Shown: positions 17,951 to 28,533 of the stretch, piece after piece
Numbering within the stretch: the first letter of the stretch is position 1
Layout: each line of letters opens with the position of its first letter
Assembly (NCBI GenBank): GCA_036495845.1
Contig: DASXMF010000061.1
Coordinates: 12,299 to 76,298, forward strand
DNA length: 64,000 bases
Reading direction: 5' to 3'
DNA from: Rhizomicrobium sp.
Lineage (GTDB): Bacteria; Pseudomonadota; Alphaproteobacteria; Micropepsales; Micropepsaceae
The notes under the pieces: model-generated
Told to the model about the DNA's origin: nothing
The model's input: the letters and a program-made list of their open reading frames with translations, nothing else
Database searches by the model: none
Position numbers and translations under genes: made by a program

Positions 17951-18089
17951 CCCCCTCCGCCGCTTCGCGGCACCTCCCCCATGCTGCGCACGGGGGAGGA
18001 AAAGTATTGGAACGCCCCTTACTCTTTCCTCCCCCGCACGCAGCAGAGCGGAGTGTGGGGGAGGGGGACCGCGAAGCGGTGGAGGGGGC
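17951..18089. repeat. palindromic RIME/REPIN-like element
   Basis: ccccctccgccgcttcgcgg...ccgcgaagcggtggaggggg, with internal cctccccc/gggggagg hairpins, between convergent genes. Confidence 0.75.
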
Positions 18090-18162
18090 TATGTACCGAG
18101 AATTTATTCGCGAGACACGCCGAGTACCAGAGCACCACATTTTGAGAAGTGCGCGATTGCCA

Positions 18163-20187
18163 TCACATCGCGTTCATGGTCAGCAACTCGTAGGTCGCGA
18201 CCGTTTCGTTCGTTTGATTGGTCAACGTTACGGCCCAGCGCACTTCGCCATATTCCGCGTTGCGCGGCGTTTTCGATTTGGCGGTGAGCTGCACGCGGAT
18301 CGCGTCGCCCGGCTTCACCGGCTTCAGAAAGCGCAGATTGTCGAGTCCATAATTGGCGAGCACGGGTCCGGGCGCGGGATCGACGAAGAGGCCCGCGGCG
18401 AACGCCAGCAGCAGATAGCCATGGGCGACGCGTCCGCCAAAAAACGGATTCGCTGCGGCCGCGGCCTCGTCCATGTGCGCGTAGAAGGTGTCGCCGGTGA
18501 AATGCGCGAAATGCTCGATATCGTCGAGCGTGACCGTGCGCGGCTCCGTGACCAGGGTTTTTCCCGGTTCGATCTCGCGGAAGTTGAGCCGGAAGGGATG
18601 AGGACCCTCCCGCGCTTCCGGCGCACCCGCCATCCAGCTCTTCGTGATGCCGGCGAGCATGCGCGGCGAGCCCTGCAGGGCTGTCCGCTGCATGTAGTGG
18701 AACACGCCTCGCAATCCGCCCATCTCTTCGCCGCCGCCCGCGCGGCCAGGCCCCCCATGCACGAGAGCGGGCAGGGGCGAGCCGTGGCCGGTCGACTCCT
18801 TCGCGCAATCGCGGTCGACGATGAGCAGGCGCCCATGAAACGCGCCCGCGCCGGTCAGCACTTCGCGCGCAACGGAAGGGTCGTAAGTGAAGAGCGACAT
18901 AACCAGCGAACCCTTGCCGCGATTGGCGAGTGTCACGGCTTCGTTCAGATCATTGTACGGCATCAACGTTGCCACCGGACCGAACGGCTCGGTGTCGTGC
19001 ACGCGCGCCGCTTGCAATGGCGTGTCGCAGCGCAGGAGAACGGGAGAAAGGAAGGCGCCTTTCGAGTCGTCGCTGCCGCGCGCGTCGACACGCAGGGGAT
19101 CGCCGAACACGATTCGCGCCTCTCGTGACAGTTCGCCGATCTTCTCGCGTACATCGGCGCGTTGCGACAGGCTGACGAGCGAACCCATCTTCACGCCTTC
19201 CACGCGCGGATCGCCGACCACGACGCCCGAGAGCGCCTGCTTGAGCGCAGCTTCCACGGCGTCGATCGCCGTCGATTGCACGAGAGCGCGGCGGATCGCC
19301 GTGCATTTCTGGCCTGCCTTCGCCGTCATCTCGCGCACGATCTCGCGGACGAAGAGGTCGAATTCGGGCGAATTTGGAGCAGCGTCGGGCGCGAGCAATG
19401 CCGCATTGAGCGAATCACGTTCGGCGATGAAGCGCACGCTTTCGCGCGCGATGACCGGATGGCACTGGAGTTTCTCCGCCGTCGTCGCCGAGCCAGTGAA
19501 GGACACGACGTCCTGGCCGCCCAGATGATCGAACAGGTCGCCGATCGGCCCCACGATCAGCTGCAGCGCGCCTTTCGGCAGCAGATTGGCTTCGATCAGA
19601 ATGCGAAACGCGGCTTCTGCAACATAGGCGCTGGCGCTTGCCGGCTTGACGATAGCGGGCACGCCCGCAAGCAGCGTCGGCGCGAGCTTCTCGAGCATGC
19701 CCCACACGGGAAAATTGAACGCGTTGATGTGCAGGGCCGCGCCCTGAAGCGGGGTCATCACATGCTGGCCGATGAACGTGCCGCGTTTTGAGAGAGCTTC
19801 GATCGCGCCCTCGGAGACGATCGTATCGTTGGGAAGCTCGCGCCGCCCTTTCGAGGCGTAGGCGAACAGCGTTCCCGCTCCGCCCTCAATGTCGATCCAG
19901 CCGTCGGAACGCGTCGCTCCCGTCTCGAACGACAATTCGTAGAGTTCTTCCTTTCGCGCCATCACGGCTTCGGCGAGTCCTTTGAGGATTTTCGCGCGCT
20001 CGTGAAAGGTCATTTTGCGAAGAGCGGGCCCGCCCATTTCGCGCGCATGCGCGAGCATGCCACCGAAATCGCGGATCGTGGTGCCGATTTCCGCCACGGT
20101 AGCGCCCGTCACGGCCGAGGCAATTTCCGTGACCGGCGGTTCCGGCGCGATCCAGCGATCGAGCGCATAGCTATGCAGCGTGATCAT
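18163..20187 (-). CDS. paaZ: oxepin-CoA hydrolase / 3-oxo-5,6-dehydrosuberyl-CoA semialdehyde dehydrogenase
   Basis: ALDH domain ([25 protein letters not shown]) plus MaoC domain ([25 protein letters not shown]). Confidence 0.96.
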   Translation of the reverse strand: MITLHSYALDRWIAPEPPVTEIASAVTGATVAEIGTTIRDFGGMLAHAREMGGPALRKMTFHERAKILKGLAEAVMARKEELYELSFETGATRSDGWIDIEGGAGTLFAYASKGRRELPNDTIVSEGAIEALSKRGTFIGQHVMTPLQGAALHINAFNFPVWGMLEKLAPTLLAGVPAIVKPASASAYVAEAAFRILIEANLLPKGALQLIVGPIGDLFDHLGGQDVVSFTGSATTAEKLQCHPVIARESVRFIAERDSLNAALLAPDAAPNSPEFDLFVREIVREMTAKAGQKCTAIRRALVQSTAIDAVEAALKQALSGVVVGDPRVEGVKMGSLVSLSQRADVREKIGELSREARIVFGDPLRVDARGSDDSKGAFLSPVLLRCDTPLQAARVHDTEPFGPVATLMPYNDLNEAVTLANRGKGSLVMSLFTYDPSVAREVLTGAGAFHGRLLIVDRDCAKESTGHGSPLPALVHGGPGRAGGGEEMGGLRGVFHYMQRTALQGSPRMLAGITKSWMAGAPEAREGPHPFRLNFREIEPGKTLVTEPRTVTLDDIEHFAHFTGDTFYAHMDEAAAAANPFFGGRVAHGYLLLAFAAGLFVDPAPGPVLANYGLDNLRFLKPVKPGDAIRVQLTAKSKTPRNAEYGEVRWAVTLTNQTNETVATYELLTMNAM

Positions 20188-20235
20188 GTTTCTGCTCCTG
20201 ACCCGAGCGGTATTCGTTGGCGGGAAGACATTTTA

Positions 20236-20392
20236 GCACGCGGAGGCGCGGAGCCACGGAAAATATTTGAACAATGAGACAGTGAGGCAGTGAGAATTTA
20301 TTGTGCGTGCAAAGCGCGCGCGATTATTTCTCACTCTTCTCACTGTCTCACCGGCTCATTGTGAATCTCTTTTTCCCCGCGAATCCGCGTGA
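20236..20392. repeat. nested inverted repeat built from 9-bp units
   Basis: cacgcggaggcgcggag...[acaatgagacagtgaggcagtgaga...tctcactcttctcactgtctcaccggctcattgt]...ccccgcgaatccgcgtg. Confidence 0.65.
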
Positions 20393-20394
20393 GG

Positions 20395-21186
20395 CTATTT
20401 CCCCGAGAAGCTCGGCTTGCGCTTTTCCGTGAAGGCTGCGACCCCTTCGCGGTAATCGCCGGAGCGTCCCAGTTCGCGCTGCAGATCGCGCTCGAGATCG
20501 AGCTGATCGTCGAGCCCGGCGAGCCAGCCCCTGCGCATCGCCATCTTGATTGCCGCGTAGCCGCGCGTCGGCCCGGAAGCCAGGCGTTCGATCAGCTTCT
20601 CGGCTTCGCCCGCCAACTGGTCGTCATCGACCGCACGCCAGATGAGGCCCCAGTTCTCGGCCTTCTCGGCGCCGAGCGGCTCTCCGGTGAGTGCCAACCC
20701 AAGCGCGCGCGCCTGTCCGGCGAGGCGCGGCAGGATCCAGGTGCCGCCGGAATCGGGCACGAGTCCGATATTGGAGAAGGACTGGATGAACTTCGCGCTT
20801 CTCGCCGCAAGAACGATGTCGGCGGCGAAAGCGATGTTGGCGCCGGCGCCCGCCGCCACGCCGTTCACCGCGCAAACCACGGGCTTCGGCAATCCGATCA
20901 GCCGGCGGATCAGCGGATTGTAACGGTTCTCCAGCGACTCGCCCAGATCGACGCCGTCCACGCCAGGCGCAACCGCGCGGTCGGAAAGATCCTGGCCTGC
21001 GCAGAAACCGCGGCCGGCGCCGGTGATGAGCAGCGCGCGAATTTCCGGATCCTGCTCGACACGCGAAAGCGCCGCGGCAACTTCCCGGTGCATTTCGACA
21101 TTGAAACTATTGAGACGGTCAGGGCGGTTCAGCGTGAGCTTGGCAGCTCCGTTCGCGATATCAAGGAGGATCGTGTCATAGGCCAT
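20395..21186 (-). CDS. paaG: 1,2-epoxyphenylacetyl-CoA isomerase
   Basis: LNRPDRLNSFN, GRGFCAGQDLSDR, YNPLIR, GLVPDSGGTW, LERDLQRELG. Confidence 0.95.
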   Translation of the reverse strand: MAYDTILLDIANGAAKLTLNRPDRLNSFNVEMHREVAAALSRVEQDPEIRALLITGAGRGFCAGQDLSDRAVAPGVDGVDLGESLENRYNPLIRRLIGLPKPVVCAVNGVAAGAGANIAFAADIVLAARSAKFIQSFSNIGLVPDSGGTWILPRLAGQARALGLALTGEPLGAEKAENWGLIWRAVDDDQLAGEAEKLIERLASGPTRGYAAIKMAMRRGWLAGLDDQLDLERDLQRELGRSGDYREGVAAFTEKRKPSFSGK

Positions 21187-21277
21187 CGCCGCACCGACCT
21201 TGTATGCGCGGCTTGGCTCCGCGCCGTTTAGGCTTAGGATAGAAGATTATGACGGTCAATTTTCACGTTAGGCATGG

Positions 21278-21709
21278 ATGCAGATGCGTATTCTTGGCAC
21301 CATAAACGTATGCGGTAACTCAGCGGGACTGCGGCCCTTGGTAGGCGCTGCAGCAATACCAAACGGCATATACAGTGCGGTCGGACTCAAGCGTCGCATT
21401 CCGGATGTAGACAGGTGGTCGTACAAATCGCCCTTATATCGCTTTCGCTTCGATAGCCTTGATGCAGAAGTGAGAAGTTTTCTTCTTGCCCACAATGCGA
21501 TCGGACCGATCCTGAACGCCGACAGATCGGGTATTGAGTTCGCGTACTTCACCTTTTGTCCAGTTGCCGAAAGTGAAGATGAATGGTTCAGCGGATATTT
21601 GCAGAGCCCAACCCTGATGGTACTCGGCAATCTCGGGCTGGGACTAGAAATAGCGCCCGAAAGCCTCATGCCGGAGGCTTCGTATTGGATCGCCGATGAC
21701 TTGAGATAG
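21278..21709 (+). CDS. hypothetical protein, DUF4279-like, lower GC
   Basis: 143 aa AT-richer ORF; C-terminal YLQSPTLMVLGNLGLGLEI pattern. Confidence 0.5.
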   Translation: MQMRILGTINVCGNSAGLRPLVGAAAIPNGIYSAVGLKRRIPDVDRWSYKSPLYRFRFDSLDAEVRSFLLAHNAIGPILNADRSGIEFAYFTFCPVAESEDEWFSGYLQSPTLMVLGNLGLGLEIAPESLMPEASYWIADDLR

Positions 21710-21784
21710 GGCCACGTTTGATTCTGGCAATCCGTGCCGTTCAGAATCTGTCACTGTGAGGCGGGATTCGCTGCAGGCAATTAA

Positions 21785-21814
21785 TTGACCAGACGTTCGA
21801 TTTATTGCTAAGGT
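21785..21814 (+). promoter_or_regulatory. putative paaA promoter with an overlapping operator-like site
   Basis: TTGACC...TGcTAAGGT. ACCAGacgtTCGAT partly resembles ACCG-N6-CGGT at 14628. Confidence 0.4.
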
Positions 21815-21850
21815 AAGATACCCACGGATTTTGGAAGGGACTTTCGGCTC

Positions 21851-22849
21851 ATGTACACGACGGAGCTGAGCGACAAGAACACGAAACCCGCAGCTGCGCC
21901 CACGGCCGGCGAAGATCCCGAGCGGCTCGCGGCCTTCGAGGCGCGCGTCGCCACCGATGATTTCATCGAGCCCAAGGACTGGGTGCCGGAAGCCTATCGA
22001 AAGACGTTGGTCCGGCAGATTTCCCAGCATGCGCATTCCGAGATCGTGGGCATGCTGCCCGAAGGAAACTGGATCAGCCGTGCGCCGAGCCTGCGGCGCA
22101 AATCGGTGCTGCTCGCCAAGGTGCAGGACGAGGGCGGGCACGGACTTTATCTCTACGCGGCGGCCGAGACATTGGGCACCAGCCGCGACGAGATGATCGA
22201 GGCGCTGCATTCCGGCCGCGCGAAATATTCGACGATCTTCAATTACCCGACTCTGACCTGGGCCGACATCGGCGCGATCGGCTGGCTTGTCGATGGCGCG
22301 GCGATCATGAACCAGGTGCCGCTGCAGCGGACGTCCTATGGTCCCTATGCGCGCGCGATGGTGCGCATATGCAAGGAGGAGAGCTTTCACCAGCGGCAGG
22401 GCTACGAAATCATGATGACGCTTGCCGGAGGGTCGGCCGAGCAAAAACGCATGGCGCAGGACGCGCTCGACCGCTGGTGGTGGCCGTCGCTGATGATGTT
22501 CGGGCCGCCGGACGACAACTCTCCCAATTCCGCGCAGTCGATCCGCTGGCGCATCAAGCGCGAAACGAACGACCAACTCCGGCAGAAATTCGTCGACGTG
22601 ACGGTGCCGCAGGCCGAAGCCATTGGCCTTCGCATGCCCGATCCCGCGCTCACATGGAACGGCGAGCGGGGCTCCTACGATTTCGGAGAGATCGACTGGG
22701 AGGAATTCTACGCGGTCGTGCGCGGAGAAGGCCCGGTCGCGAAAGAACGTGTGAACGCGCGCGTGCGCGCGTGGGAAGATGGCGCCTGGGTGCGCGAAGC
22801 GGCGCTTGCGCATGCGGCCAAACAAACGGTCCGCGAGGCCGCGGAGTGA
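21851..22849 (+). CDS. paaA: 1,2-phenylacetyl-CoA epoxidase subunit A
   Basis: [36 protein letters not shown]; KVQDEGGHG; [10 protein letters not shown]. Confidence 0.98.
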   Translation: MYTTELSDKNTKPAAAPTAGEDPERLAAFEARVATDDFIEPKDWVPEAYRKTLVRQISQHAHSEIVGMLPEGNWISRAPSLRRKSVLLAKVQDEGGHGLYLYAAAETLGTSRDEMIEALHSGRAKYSTIFNYPTLTWADIGAIGWLVDGAAIMNQVPLQRTSYGPYARAMVRICKEESFHQRQGYEIMMTLAGGSAEQKRMAQDALDRWWWPSLMMFGPPDDNSPNSAQSIRWRIKRETNDQLRQKFVDVTVPQAEAIGLRMPDPALTWNGERGSYDFGEIDWEEFYAVVRGEGPVAKERVNARVRAWEDGAWVREAALAHAAKQTVREAAE

Positions 22850-22853
22850 GGCG

Positions 22854-23138
22854 ATGAACAAGGAATGGCCGCTCTGGGAAGTCTTCGTGCGGGCAAAGAA
22901 CGGCCTCGCACACAAGCATGTCGGCAGCGTTCACGCCGCGGATGCGCGCATGGCGCTGGAAGCGGCCCGCGATACCTATACGCGCCGCATGGAGGGAATC
23001 AGCCTGTGGGTGGTTCCCTCATCTGCGATCACGGCCTCGGATCCCGGCGAGGCCGAGGCGTTGTTCGAGCCTGCCGCGGACAAGGTCTATCGCCATCCGA
23101 CGTTCTACACGATCCCCGAGAACGTGAAGAACATCTGA
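22854..23138 (+). CDS. paaB: 1,2-phenylacetyl-CoA epoxidase subunit B
   Basis: WPLWEVFVR..GLAHKHVGSVHAAD; DKVYRHPTFY. Confidence 0.97.
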   Translation: MNKEWPLWEVFVRAKNGLAHKHVGSVHAADARMALEAARDTYTRRMEGISLWVVPSSAITASDPGEAEALFEPAADKVYRHPTFYTIPENVKNI

Positions 23139-23863
23139 TGCAGGACGAAGAGAAAATACTGTTTCACCACTGCGTGCGGCTGGGCGACGATGCGCTCATC
23201 CTCGGCCAGCGACTGTCGGAATGGTGCGGTCATGCGCCGATGCTGGAGCTTGATCTGGCGCTCGCAAATATCGGTCTCGATCTCTTTGGCCAGGCGACGT
23301 ATTTCCTCGGCCTTGCGGGCGAAGTGGAAGGCGAGGGCCGCGACGCCGATGCGCTTGCCTTTCATCGCGACGTCCTGGATTTCCGCAATTGCCTGCTCGT
23401 GGAACAGCCGAACGGCGATTTTGCGCAGACCATCGCGCGGCAGTTTCTGTTCTCGAATTGGCAGGAGTTGCTGATGCGGGAAATCGCCGCCGCGCCGGAA
23501 CCCCGCCTCGCTGCAATCGGCGGCAAAGCGGTGAAGGAGATCGCCTATCACGCGCGGTTTGCCAGCCAATGGATCGTGCGCCTTGGCGACGGTACGGAAG
23601 AAAGCCGCCGCCGAGCGATTGCCGGCCTCGAATGGATGTGGCGCTTCGTTGATGAATTGTTCGATCCGGGCGACGGTGCGCCGTCGCTCAGGCCGGAATG
23701 GGATGCGCGCATCGCGCGCACGCTCGCCGAAGCGAAGCTCGAACTCCCGCCAATGCGACGCGGATCAAAAGGCGGCCGATCCGGTCATCATTCCGAGCAT
23801 CTCGGCCATCTGCTTTCCGAGATGCAATTCCTGCCGCGCGCTTATCCGGGAGCAGCGTGGTGA
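23138..23863 (+). CDS. paaC: 1,2-phenylacetyl-CoA epoxidase subunit C
   Basis: LGDDALILGQRLSEWCGHAP; EQPNGDFAQTIARQ; HSEHLGHLLSEMQFLPRAYPGAAW. Confidence 0.97.
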   Translation: MQDEEKILFHHCVRLGDDALILGQRLSEWCGHAPMLELDLALANIGLDLFGQATYFLGLAGEVEGEGRDADALAFHRDVLDFRNCLLVEQPNGDFAQTIARQFLFSNWQELLMREIAAAPEPRLAAIGGKAVKEIAYHARFASQWIVRLGDGTEESRRRAIAGLEWMWRFVDELFDPGDGAPSLRPEWDARIARTLAEAKLELPPMRRGSKGGRSGHHSEHLGHLLSEMQFLPRAYPGAAW

Positions 23864-24351
23864 GCGCCGCCGGCCGTTCCCACTCGCAAAGCCTTCGGGA
23901 GCGTGTGCTCGAAATATTGAGCGACGTACCCGATCCCGAGATTCCCTGTGTCTCCGTGGTCGATCTCGGCATCGTGCGCGACGTTCGCGAAAACACGCTG
24001 GTGATCACGCCAACCTATACGGGTTGCCCTGCGACTGTGGCGATCGCATCCGCCATACGGACGGCGCTCGATCGCGCCGGCCTCACCCGGATGAAAGTCG
24101 AAACCGTGCTGTCGCCGGCATGGACGACCGATTGGATCAGCGATGCGGGCCGCGAAAAGCTCCGCGCCTATGGCATCGCGCCTCCACCCCGCGGCGCTGA
24201 CCGGCACAGCCTGAAGCACGAGACGCCCACATGTCCGCGTTGCGCCTCGCTGCGAACCGAAGAAATCAGCCGCTTCGGCTCGACACCCTGCAAATCGCTC
24301 CATCGTTGCCTTTCCTGCGGCGAGCCTTTCGACCGCTTCAAATGTCATTGA
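23860..24351 (+). CDS. paaD: 1,2-phenylacetyl-CoA epoxidase subunit D
   Basis: VPDPEIPCVSVVDLGIVR; TPTYTGCPAT; WTTDWIS; CPRC..FGSTPCKSLHRC..EPFDRFKCH. Confidence 0.96.
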   Translation: MSAAGRSHSQSLRERVLEILSDVPDPEIPCVSVVDLGIVRDVRENTLVITPTYTGCPATVAIASAIRTALDRAGLTRMKVETVLSPAWTTDWISDAGREKLRAYGIAPPPRGADRHSLKHETPTCPRCASLRTEEISRFGSTPCKSLHRCLSCGEPFDRFKCH

Positions 24352-24358
24352 CGGCCGC

Positions 24359-25441
24359 ATGTCGCTCAATCGCGAGTTTCATGCGCTGAAGATCGCAGAA
24401 GTCCGCCGCGAAACGGCCGACGCCGTCTCGCTTCGCTTCGACGTGCCCGAGGATTTGCGCGAGGCGTTCGCCTTCCAGGCCGGACAGCATCTCACGCTGA
24501 AAACGGAGATCGACGGCGAAGACATGCGCCGTACCTATTCGGTTTGCGTGGCGCCGTCCGAAAACGAAATGCGTATCGCGATCAAGCAGATGCCGGCGGG
24601 AAAATTCTCCACCTGGGCCAACGCCAATCTGCGCGAAGGCCAGACGATCGACGTGTTGCCGCCCATGGGGCGCTTCGTCCTGCCCGACGGTGACGGGCCC
24701 GCGCCGCACTATGTCGCTCTTTCCGGCGGCTCCGGCATCACGCCGGTCATTTCGATTCTCAAGACGGTGCTGCATACGAAACCGGGGGGCCGCGTCACCT
24801 TGCTCTACGGCAATCGCGACACGGCCTCGATCATGTTTCTCGAAGAGCTGGCGGCGTTGAAGAACCGGTATCTCGAGCGGCTCGAAGTCTATCACTTCCT
24901 CGAAAACGAGGCCGAAGAGATCGAGCTGTTCAACGGCAGGCTGGATCGCGCGAAATGCGAGGAAGTGCTCTCCTCGCTTGTGGATGTGAAGGCGGCCGAC
25001 GCGTTCTTCATTTGCGGTCCCGGCCCGATGATGGACGCGGCGGAAGCCGTGCTGCTGTCGCAGGGCATACCGGCCGAGCGCATTTTCATCGAGCGGTTTA
25101 CGACCAGCGCGCTTTCGGCCGAACAGGTCGCGCGCAACGAAGCCTTGCAGCAGAAGGCGGCGGGCACGAATCTGCTCGTCACGCTCGACGGCCGCCGCTC
25201 GCGCATCCGCTTCGATGTGGGCCGAGGCAACATCCTGGAAAGCGTGCAGGCGGCGGGATTGCCTGCGCCCTATGCCTGCAAGAGCGGCGTCTGCACGACC
25301 TGCCGCGCGAAAATCCTGTCGGGCACGGTCGAGATGAAGAAGAATTACGGCCTGAGCGAATCCGAAATCGGGCAGGGATACGTGCTCACCTGCCAAGCGG
25401 TGCCGACCAGCAACGAAGTCGCTCTCAGCTACGACGCCTAG
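24359..25441 (+). CDS. paaE: 1,2-phenylacetyl-CoA epoxidase reductase (FAD, 2Fe-2S)
   Basis: RRTYSVC, GSGITP, ICGPGPMM, PYACKSGVCTTC, VLTCQ. Confidence 0.95.
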   Translation: MSLNREFHALKIAEVRRETADAVSLRFDVPEDLREAFAFQAGQHLTLKTEIDGEDMRRTYSVCVAPSENEMRIAIKQMPAGKFSTWANANLREGQTIDVLPPMGRFVLPDGDGPAPHYVALSGGSGITPVISILKTVLHTKPGGRVTLLYGNRDTASIMFLEELAALKNRYLERLEVYHFLENEAEEIELFNGRLDRAKCEEVLSSLVDVKAADAFFICGPGPMMDAAEAVLLSQGIPAERIFIERFTTSALSAEQVARNEALQQKAAGTNLLVTLDGRRSRIRFDVGRGNILESVQAAGLPAPYACKSGVCTTCRAKILSGTVEMKKNYGLSESEIGQGYVLTCQAVPTSNEVALSYDA

Positions 25442-25502
25442 TCCGGACGATCACGTCCGAAAATGGCCAGACTCGGGCGCGCTCGTGCACTATATACGAC
25501 CC

Positions 25503-26987
25503 ATGAACATGAACTTCCCGCCAGACGACGTTTGCTACCGCGCTCTCTCCGCGCGAGACGTGCGCTTCGATGGCCGTCTCTTTGTCGGCGTCGCGACCAC
25601 GGGCATCTATTGCCGTCCGATCTGTCCCGCACGCACGCCCAAGCGCGAGAATTGCCGGTTTTTTCCGAGCGCCGCCGCAGCACAAACCTCGGGATTCCGC
25701 CCCTGCCTGCGTTGCCGGCCGGAAATCTCTCCCGATGCCGCCGCCTGGCGCGGAACCTCCAATACGGTGTCGCGAGCGCTCGCGCTCATCGCCGAAGGCG
25801 CGCTCGACGGCGGCGATTCCGGCGTGACCACGCTGGCCGACAAATTGGGAGTTGGCGAACGCCAGTTGCGCCGCCTGTTCGACAAGCATCTGGGCGTGCC
25901 GCCGATCGCGGTCGCCCAGACCCGGCGCATCCTCTTCGCCAAACAGCTGATCCAGGAAACCCGGCTTTCGATGGCGCAGGTGGCGGAAGTGTCCGGATTC
26001 GGCAGTGTGCGCCGCTTCAACGATGCCTTCCGCAAGCTCTACCGCCGTGCGCCACGCGATCTGCGCGTGCTGCGGAGCGCGGACGCCGAACCGTCGCTCG
26101 TGACCCTGCGCCTCGGCTACCGTCCTCCCTACGATTGGGATTCGATCCTCGCCTTCTTCGCCGCGCGCGCAATTCCGGGCGTCGAAATCGTCGAGCGTGG
26201 CCGCTATCGCCGCACGATTGCTCTCGACGGAGCGACGGGGAGTGTGGAGGTCGCGCCTGGCGAGAATTGCCTCATCGCGACGATACGGCTTCCCCGGTTG
26301 CGGGCATTGCTGTCCGTCGTCGGCCGGCTGCGGCGCATGTTCGACCTCGACGCGGATGTCGACGTGATCGGCGCGCATCTTTCCGGCGATGCCGGACTCG
26401 CACCCCTGATCGCCCGACGCCCGGGTCTGCGTATGCCCGGCGCCTGGGACGGATTCGAGCTCGCGGTGCGCGCCGTCCTCGGTCAGCAGATCACGGTCGG
26501 CGCCGCGCGCACGCTCGCCGGCAGACTTGTCGAGATTGCGGGCTCGTCGGTGTCGCCGAATGCAGCGGGCCATCCGGCGCTGAAATACGTGTTCCCGACG
26601 GCGCAGCAATTGGCGGCAGCCGATCTTTCGGGCATGGGCATGCCGCGCGCGCGTATTGCAGCGCTTCAGTCATTGGCGCGCGCGGTCGTGGCGAATCCCC
26701 GATTGCTCGAATCCCGCGGCGCCGAAGACGACGTTCTCGCGCGTCTTCTCGCATTGCCGGGATTCGGCGAATGGACGGCACAATATTGGGCGTTGAGGGC
26801 GCTGCGCGACAGCGATGCCTTTCCCTCTGCTGATGTGGGCCTGCTGCGCGCGCTGACGACGAACGGCAAACGGCTTTCACCCAAGGCACTGAACGAGCGG
26901 GCGGAGGCCTGGCGGCCCTGGCGCGCCTATGCCGCGCAACATCTGTGGGCCGCCGATGGAGACAAAAGGAGCAATGCTTATGTCTGA
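25503..26987 (+). CDS. alkA: Ada metal-binding/AraC plus AlkA 3-methyladenine glycosylase fusion
   Basis: TGIYCRPICPAR..FRPCLRCRPE; RQLRRLF; FELAVRAVLGQQI; GFGEWTAQY; WRPWRAYAAQHLW. Confidence 0.92.
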   Translation: MNMNFPPDDVCYRALSARDVRFDGRLFVGVATTGIYCRPICPARTPKRENCRFFPSAAAAQTSGFRPCLRCRPEISPDAAAWRGTSNTVSRALALIAEGALDGGDSGVTTLADKLGVGERQLRRLFDKHLGVPPIAVAQTRRILFAKQLIQETRLSMAQVAEVSGFGSVRRFNDAFRKLYRRAPRDLRVLRSADAEPSLVTLRLGYRPPYDWDSILAFFAARAIPGVEIVERGRYRRTIALDGATGSVEVAPGENCLIATIRLPRLRALLSVVGRLRRMFDLDADVDVIGAHLSGDAGLAPLIARRPGLRMPGAWDGFELAVRAVLGQQITVGAARTLAGRLVEIAGSSVSPNAAGHPALKYVFPTAQQLAAADLSGMGMPRARIAALQSLARAVVANPRLLESRGAEDDVLARLLALPGFGEWTAQYWALRALRDSDAFPSADVGLLRALTTNGKRLSPKALNERAEAWRPWRAYAAQHLWAADGDKRSNAYV

Positions 26988-27525
26988 ACGCGAAAATCTC
27001 TTTTACGACCGGATCGAGTCCCCGGTGGGCCGCCTGGTAATCGTGGCGGATGAGTCGGGCAAATTGCGGATGCTGTCGTTCGACAAGGGCGACGACTACT
27101 GGTCGCGCGAATTCAAGCGGCTGTTCCCGGGCGCAACGCCTGCCGCCAAACGGAATCCGTTCGGATTCGCTTTGAAGCTGAAAGCCTATTTCGAGGGCGA
27201 TATGGCCGCGCTCGAATCCATTCCCGTCCGCTTCCAGGGCACGCCGTTCCAGAACAAGGTGTGGAAAGCCCTTCGCGGGATTCCGGTTGGCACGACCACG
27301 AGTTATGGCGCACTCGCCCGCAAGATCGGCGAGCCGAAAGCCATGCGCGCGGTGGGTCTCGCCAACGGCTCCAATCCCATCGCGATCGTGGTGCCCTGCC
27401 ACCGCGTCATCGGCAGCGACGGAACGCTGACGGGTTTCGGCGGCGGATTGCCGCGCAAGAAATGGCTCCTTGAACATGAGGCGCGGCATTGCGCAAAGGA
27501 ATTCCAGCTGGAGGCATCCGCGTGA
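26980..27525 (+). CDS. ogt: methylated-DNA-protein-cysteine methyltransferase
   Basis: GTPFQNKVW, RAVGLANGSNP, PCHRV active site. Confidence 0.95.
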   Translation: MSERENLFYDRIESPVGRLVIVADESGKLRMLSFDKGDDYWSREFKRLFPGATPAAKRNPFGFALKLKAYFEGDMAALESIPVRFQGTPFQNKVWKALRGIPVGTTTSYGALARKIGEPKAMRAVGLANGSNPIAIVVPCHRVIGSDGTLTGFGGGLPRKKWLLEHEARHCAKEFQLEASA

Positions 27526-28325
27526 GCACATCCGAAAATGCCCGCCTGTTCGCCGAACTGCATCGCGACGGGCTCCTGATCCTGCCCAACGCCTGGGACG
27601 CCGGCAGCGCGCGAATCATCGAACAGGCAGGCGCGAAGGCGATCGCCACTTCGAGCGCGGCTGTCGCCTGGGCTCATGGCTATCCGGACGGCGAAGCGTT
27701 ACCGCAGGAAGCCTTGCTGACGACGGTGCGGGAGATCGTGCGCGTGGTCGGCGTGCCGGTTTCTGCTGATATCGAGGCGGGCTACGCGCCCGACGCGGAG
27801 TCCGCAGGCGAGTTTGCGCAGCGCATTCTCGATGCGGGCGCGGTAGGAGTGAATATCGAGGACGGGCGCGATTCACCCGACCTGCTCTGCGCAAAGATCG
27901 AGCGGCTCAACACCGTCGCCCAACGCGCGGGCGTAGGGCTGTGGATCAATGCGCGTATCGATGTCTATTTGCGTCAGCTCGCGGAAGGCGAGGCGGCATA
28001 TAAGGAAACGGTTGAAAGGGCACGACGCTACGCGCAGGCAGGTGCCAGCTCGATCTTCGTTCCGGGTGCGGCGGAGGAGTCTCTCATTGCCAATCTGGTT
28101 CGCGAGGTGAAACTGCCGCTCAACCTGCTCGCCTGGCCCGGGCTTCCCGATGCCGCGAAGCTGAAGAGCCTCGGCGTGCGCCGGCTGAGCGCGGGTACGG
28201 GTCTGGGCAAGGTTGTGCTCGGGAAGACGCACCAGCTGGCCGAGGCGTTCCTGCACGATGGAAATTCTGCAATTTTCGCGGAGGGACCTTCGATCAACCT
28301 CAATACGCTGATGAAGCGGGATTGA
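27522..28325 (+). CDS. isocitrate lyase / PEP mutase family protein
   Basis: LPNAWDAGSA, ATSSAA, GYPDGE, SADIEAGY, GVNIEDG, INARID. Confidence 0.9.
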   Translation: MSTSENARLFAELHRDGLLILPNAWDAGSARIIEQAGAKAIATSSAAVAWAHGYPDGEALPQEALLTTVREIVRVVGVPVSADIEAGYAPDAESAGEFAQRILDAGAVGVNIEDGRDSPDLLCAKIERLNTVAQRAGVGLWINARIDVYLRQLAEGEAAYKETVERARRYAQAGASSIFVPGAAEESLIANLVREVKLPLNLLAWPGLPDAAKLKSLGVRRLSAGTGLGKVVLGKTHQLAEAFLHDGNSAIFAEGPSINLNTLMKRD

Positions 28326-28332
28326 TCCGGCG

Positions 28333-28515
28333 ATGCCGCTGGAGATGCGCGAAGCCTGCGAGCGTTGCCGCGCGGCGCTGCCGAAGGACAGCGCCGATGC
28401 ACGGATTTGTTCTTACGAATGTACGTTTTGCCGCGCCTGCTCGGAGGAGATGAACGCTCGCTGCCCCAATTGCGGCGGCGAACTTGTGCCGCGCCCACAA
28501 CGAACAAGAAAATAG
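28333..28515 (+). CDS. DUF1272 Cys-rich small protein
   Basis: LEMREACERC..ARICSYECTFC..C..CPNCGGELVPRP. Confidence 0.85.
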   Translation: MPLEMREACERCRAALPKDSADARICSYECTFCRACSEEMNARCPNCGGELVPRPQRTRK

Positions 28516-28533
28516 ATCGGCCCAAATAACACC

